A DNA stretch of 64,000 nt from Arcobacteraceae bacterium (GTDB lineage: Bacteria > Campylobacterota > Campylobacteria > Campylobacterales > Arcobacteraceae). The stretch is taken from positions 992,001 to 1,056,000 of the forward strand of contig OY759974.1 in assembly GCA_963662945.1 (NCBI GenBank), written 5' to 3'. The notes beneath the pieces were generated by a model. The model was not told the origin of the DNA. It was given only the letters and a program-made list of their open reading frames with translations, and did no database searches. Position numbers and translations under genes: made by a program. Positions 61,210 through 64,000 of this stretch are shown here, one piece after another; within the stretch, counting starts at the first letter, position 1; every line of letters begins with the position of its first letter.

Positions 61210-63949
61210 ATTTCACCTCTAATAATTCTATATTCTCTTTTTGAAGATAGACTACAAAGCCTCTTACATCTTCACATTTTACAATATCTTTGATAGCCTC
61301 AACATATTTTTGCACCTGTTCTATATGTGTATAACTTTGTCCAAGTGTTGTTTTATAATCAACTACTACAAAACTATCCTCTTTTTGTACAAGCAGATCT
61401 ATAATCTTATGTTCATTTTCAAACATTAATGACTGTTCTTTAGTAAAATTACTATTGTTTACGATATGTTGAAACTTCTCATTTGTAATAAGAAGTTTGA
61501 TTCGTGAAAAAATATCATTAAATTGCTCTTTTGTCAATAAATTGATAAATTTATTTTGCGTTAAAAGAATCGCCTTTTCTAAACTTGTCTCATCAAAGTT
61601 TTTCATCATCTCCAAACAATAGTGAGTTGCAATTCCAAAATATCTCGCTTTTATATTGTCTTTATCCTCTAAAGTTGCTTTCTCTTTCTCTTGATAACCA
61701 AAGTTTTGAGGAATATAGGAGATTTGTGCAGTTTCCTCTTTATAAATTGCTTTTTGTGGTGCAATAAAAAGAGTACCTAAAGTTTGTGTTTGAAAATCTC
61801 CCAAATACTCATAGACACTGCTTTTCTCTTTTTTCAAGACAATCATATTGTTTTTTGCCCGTGTAAGTGCTACATATAAGATATTGAGTTCATCGGCAAC
61901 TACAAGTTTCTTCTCTTTTTGGGTAGCTTCTTCATAAAACCTATCGAAGTTTTCCCTATTGGCTCTTTTGTAATAAATTTTTTGCAGCTCTATATCATTG
62001 TATTCAAACAGTAGTGAACTTCTATTTGGCACTTTTTTTGTTACTCTATCACATACTATTACTGTATCAAACTCTAGCCCTTTTGATTTGAATATAGTTA
62101 AAATAGTTAGACCATTTTTATTTTGAGATACCATTGCTGTATCATCTTTGTCTATATCATACACAAAGTCTGTGATACTCTCATATCCCTTTGAGAGTTC
62201 GATGAGTCGTATCACATTTTCATCAACTATCCCAAAGTGATAGCTTAGTTTTTTGACTATTGTTACTAAATCTGTAGTTTCTAAATCAACCGTGAAATTA
62301 AACTTTTCAAAATATTCTCTTCCTACCAAACTATTGAAATTTACTTTATAAATATTTTCTTTGAAATAGAGATATTTCACTGCGTTGATTACAGTTTTTA
62401 CATTATTTTGATTGATGAGTTTTGAGGTCATCTCGGTAACTACATCTAGTGTTGGTTTCTTAAGTTTAAGATACTCATAGATTGCTAATACATCTGCATT
62501 TGTATAGGTTAAGATTGCTATATTATTTGGTTGTACTCCTGCAATTAAAAGCTCATCAACTTTTTTTTCTACCTCATCATAAAACAGTTCTTTCTCATCA
62601 CTTACACTACACACTTCTACATATCCATCGATTTGAGAGTTTACTTTTTGTGCATCATACTCATAGTTTGCTAGATTGTTAAAAGTGGTGTTTACAAAAT
62701 TTACAACATGATTACTACTTCTATAATTTGTATCAAGCAACTCTACTTCTAAAAGAGGATGAAATATGCTTGAGACATAATCAAAAAGCTCTTTTGTTCC
62801 ACCTCTAAATCGATAGATAGATTGTTTTATATCCCCCACATAAAAAAATGTTTTAAAAACTTCTGGATTTCCAGAGATTATCTCATCAATAAGATGAAAC
62901 AAAATCTTAAATTGTAAAGTAGAGGTATCTTGAAACTCATCTATTAAGATATGGTTGTATTTTGTATCAAGTCGAAAATATAAAAAATCTTTCTCTATAT
63001 GATTTTCAAGAAGTTGATAGACAATATTTGTAATATCACTAAACTCCAAAGAGTTTCGCTGACGATTATACTTATCTCTAAAACTTTTAAAATCATCAAA
63101 TATTTTAAAAAGATTTTTTAAAGTATAACTCTCTTGTATTTGATAGTATAAAGTGATGTTTTGTTGTAATTTAGCTAAATTCTCATCAAGCTCTACAGGA
63201 GGTTTTGCTTTTTTAAAATAGCTAAATTCACTCAGACTCTCTTTTGTAAGCCAAGTTTTTCCTTTCTCTAAAAGCTCTTCGACAGTTTTAAAATCAACTG
63301 CATTAAAAGCAGACTGGGAGAGATTACTTTTCTCTACAAACTCTTTGATGATATTTGCATCTTCTAAAATCGCAATTTTTACAGCTTCGTAACTTCCTTT
63401 TGGATACTCTACTATCTCATTTTTTTCATTTTTCTCTTCAAGGAGTTTAAAAAGCTCCACTATGGAGTTAAGTTTTTTATTTTCTAGATGTGCAAAAGCA
63501 ATAAGTGATTCAAACTGACTCTCATCAAGTGAAATTAAAAACTTATAAAGTAAAAGCTCCTCATCATCAAACTTAATATCAAAATCATCATTTATCCCTA
63601 TATATCCACTAAACTCTCGTAAGATTTTATTGATAAATTTATCTATTGTATAGATTGCTAACTCACTTGAGATAAATTTTTCTACTAAAAATTGTTTCTT
63701 ATTTATAATCTCTTGTTTTGATAAACTTGTCTCTTTTATAATGGCACTTAAGATAGCCTCATCATTTCCAAGGTTTAAAAGTGTGTCATAAATCCGCTGA
63801 CTCATCTGAGCTGCTGCTTTATTTGTAAAAGTAAGAGTTAATATCTCATTTGGTTTTGCTTCTAGTAGTAGAAGTGAAATATATCGCACGGTTAATGCAA
63901 ATGTTTTTCCACTTCCTGCACTGGCTTTAAGGGCTAAAAATGGTTTCAT
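61202..63949 (-). CDS. addA: RecB-like helicase-nuclease AddA
   Basis: ASAGSGKT, TFTNKAA, LIDEFQDTS, VGDIKQSIYRFRG, SKGLEF, YVALTRA, nuclease IDLL..VVDYKT. Confidence 0.93.
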   Translation of the reverse strand: MKPFLALKASAGSGKTFALTVRYISLLLLEAKPNEILTLTFTNKAAAQMSQRIYDTLLNLGNDEAILSAIIKETSLSKQEIINKKQFLVEKFISSELAIYTIDKFINKILREFSGYIGINDDFDIKFDDEELLLYKFLISLDESQFESLIAFAHLENKKLNSIVELFKLLEEKNEKNEIVEYPKGSYEAVKIAILEDANIIKEFVEKSNLSQSAFNAVDFKTVEELLEKGKTWLTKESLSEFSYFKKAKPPVELDENLAKLQQNITLYYQIQESYTLKNLFKIFDDFKSFRDKYNRQRNSLEFSDITNIVYQLLENHIEKDFLYFRLDTKYNHILIDEFQDTSTLQFKILFHLIDEIISGNPEVFKTFFYVGDIKQSIYRFRGGTKELFDYVSSIFHPLLEVELLDTNYRSSNHVVNFVNTTFNNLANYEYDAQKVNSQIDGYVEVCSVSDEKELFYDEVEKKVDELLIAGVQPNNIAILTYTNADVLAIYEYLKLKKPTLDVVTEMTSKLINQNNVKTVINAVKYLYFKENIYKVNFNSLVGREYFEKFNFTVDLETTDLVTIVKKLSYHFGIVDENVIRLIELSKGYESITDFVYDIDKDDTAMVSQNKNGLTILTIFKSKGLEFDTVIVCDRVTKKVPNRSSLLFEYNDIELQKIYYKRANRENFDRFYEEATQKEKKLVVADELNILYVALTRAKNNMIVLKKEKSSVYEYLGDFQTQTLGTLFIAPQKAIYKEETAQISYIPQNFGYQEKEKATLEDKDNIKARYFGIATHYCLEMMKNFDETSLEKAILLTQNKFINLLTKEQFNDIFSRIKLLITNEKFQHIVNNSNFTKEQSLMFENEHKIIDLLVQKEDSFVVVDYKTTLGQSYTHIEQVQKYVEAIKDIVKCEDVRGFVVYLQKENIELLEVKYE

Positions 63950-64000
63950 ATATTATAAATTATTCACTTTTTTAATCAATATTGCAACTGTTTTAGAAAC

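Noticed and set aside
541-62682. Many short antisense or nested ORFs in the track (e.g. 2025-2462, 4356-4757, 36099-36452, 48547-48978, 58456-58896)
   Set aside because: They are shadow frames overlapping well-supported genes and carry no motifs.
57504-63949. Apparent codon-style shift (more GAG/CTC) in mfd-addA as a sign of horizontal transfer
   Set aside because: Judged by eye only; these are core low-expression genes with weaker codon bias.
1-64000. CRISPR arrays, tRNA or rRNA genes, IS elements
   Set aside because: No regularly spaced repeats, cloverleaf motifs, rRNA-like segments or transposase ORFs were recognised, and intergenic gaps are mostly too short.

Overview
This is a very AT-rich bacterial chromosome segment. 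Gene content and order (pheS-pheT-aroA-ispH-rpsA-serA-efp without cmk, short Mfd, AddA-type helicase, Cache and CZB chemoreceptors) point to Campylobacterota, most likely Arcobacteraceae; this is an inference from protein style and synteny. The left end (1-5.7 kb) holds a non-coding stretch, a small HNH endonuclease, a palindromic element and purH-moaA-purL. The main accessory element (about 5.8/6.9-28.9 kb, between purL and cdsA) is an apparently intact cluster of 24 genes (25 with a divergent hydrolase) for a hybrid dialkylresorcinol plus aryl-polyene (flexirubin/arcuflavin-like) product. It contains darA, darB, a BtrH-like protein, 2 ACPs, 2 KS/chain-length-factor pairs, 2 hot-dog dehydratases, FabG, an MIO ammonia-lyase, an AMP ligase, a flavin halogenase-like enzyme, GT2, an acyltransferase, LolA-like, MMPL and ABC exporters, and several lipoproteins. 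The rest (29-64 kb) is mostly housekeeping, plus chemosensory and two-component genes (CheW, stand-alone PAS, two MCPs, HK/RR) and an orphan ParA-like ATPase. No rRNA, tRNA, CRISPR array or transposase was recognised. All assignments come from motif recognition by eye; no database searches were run.
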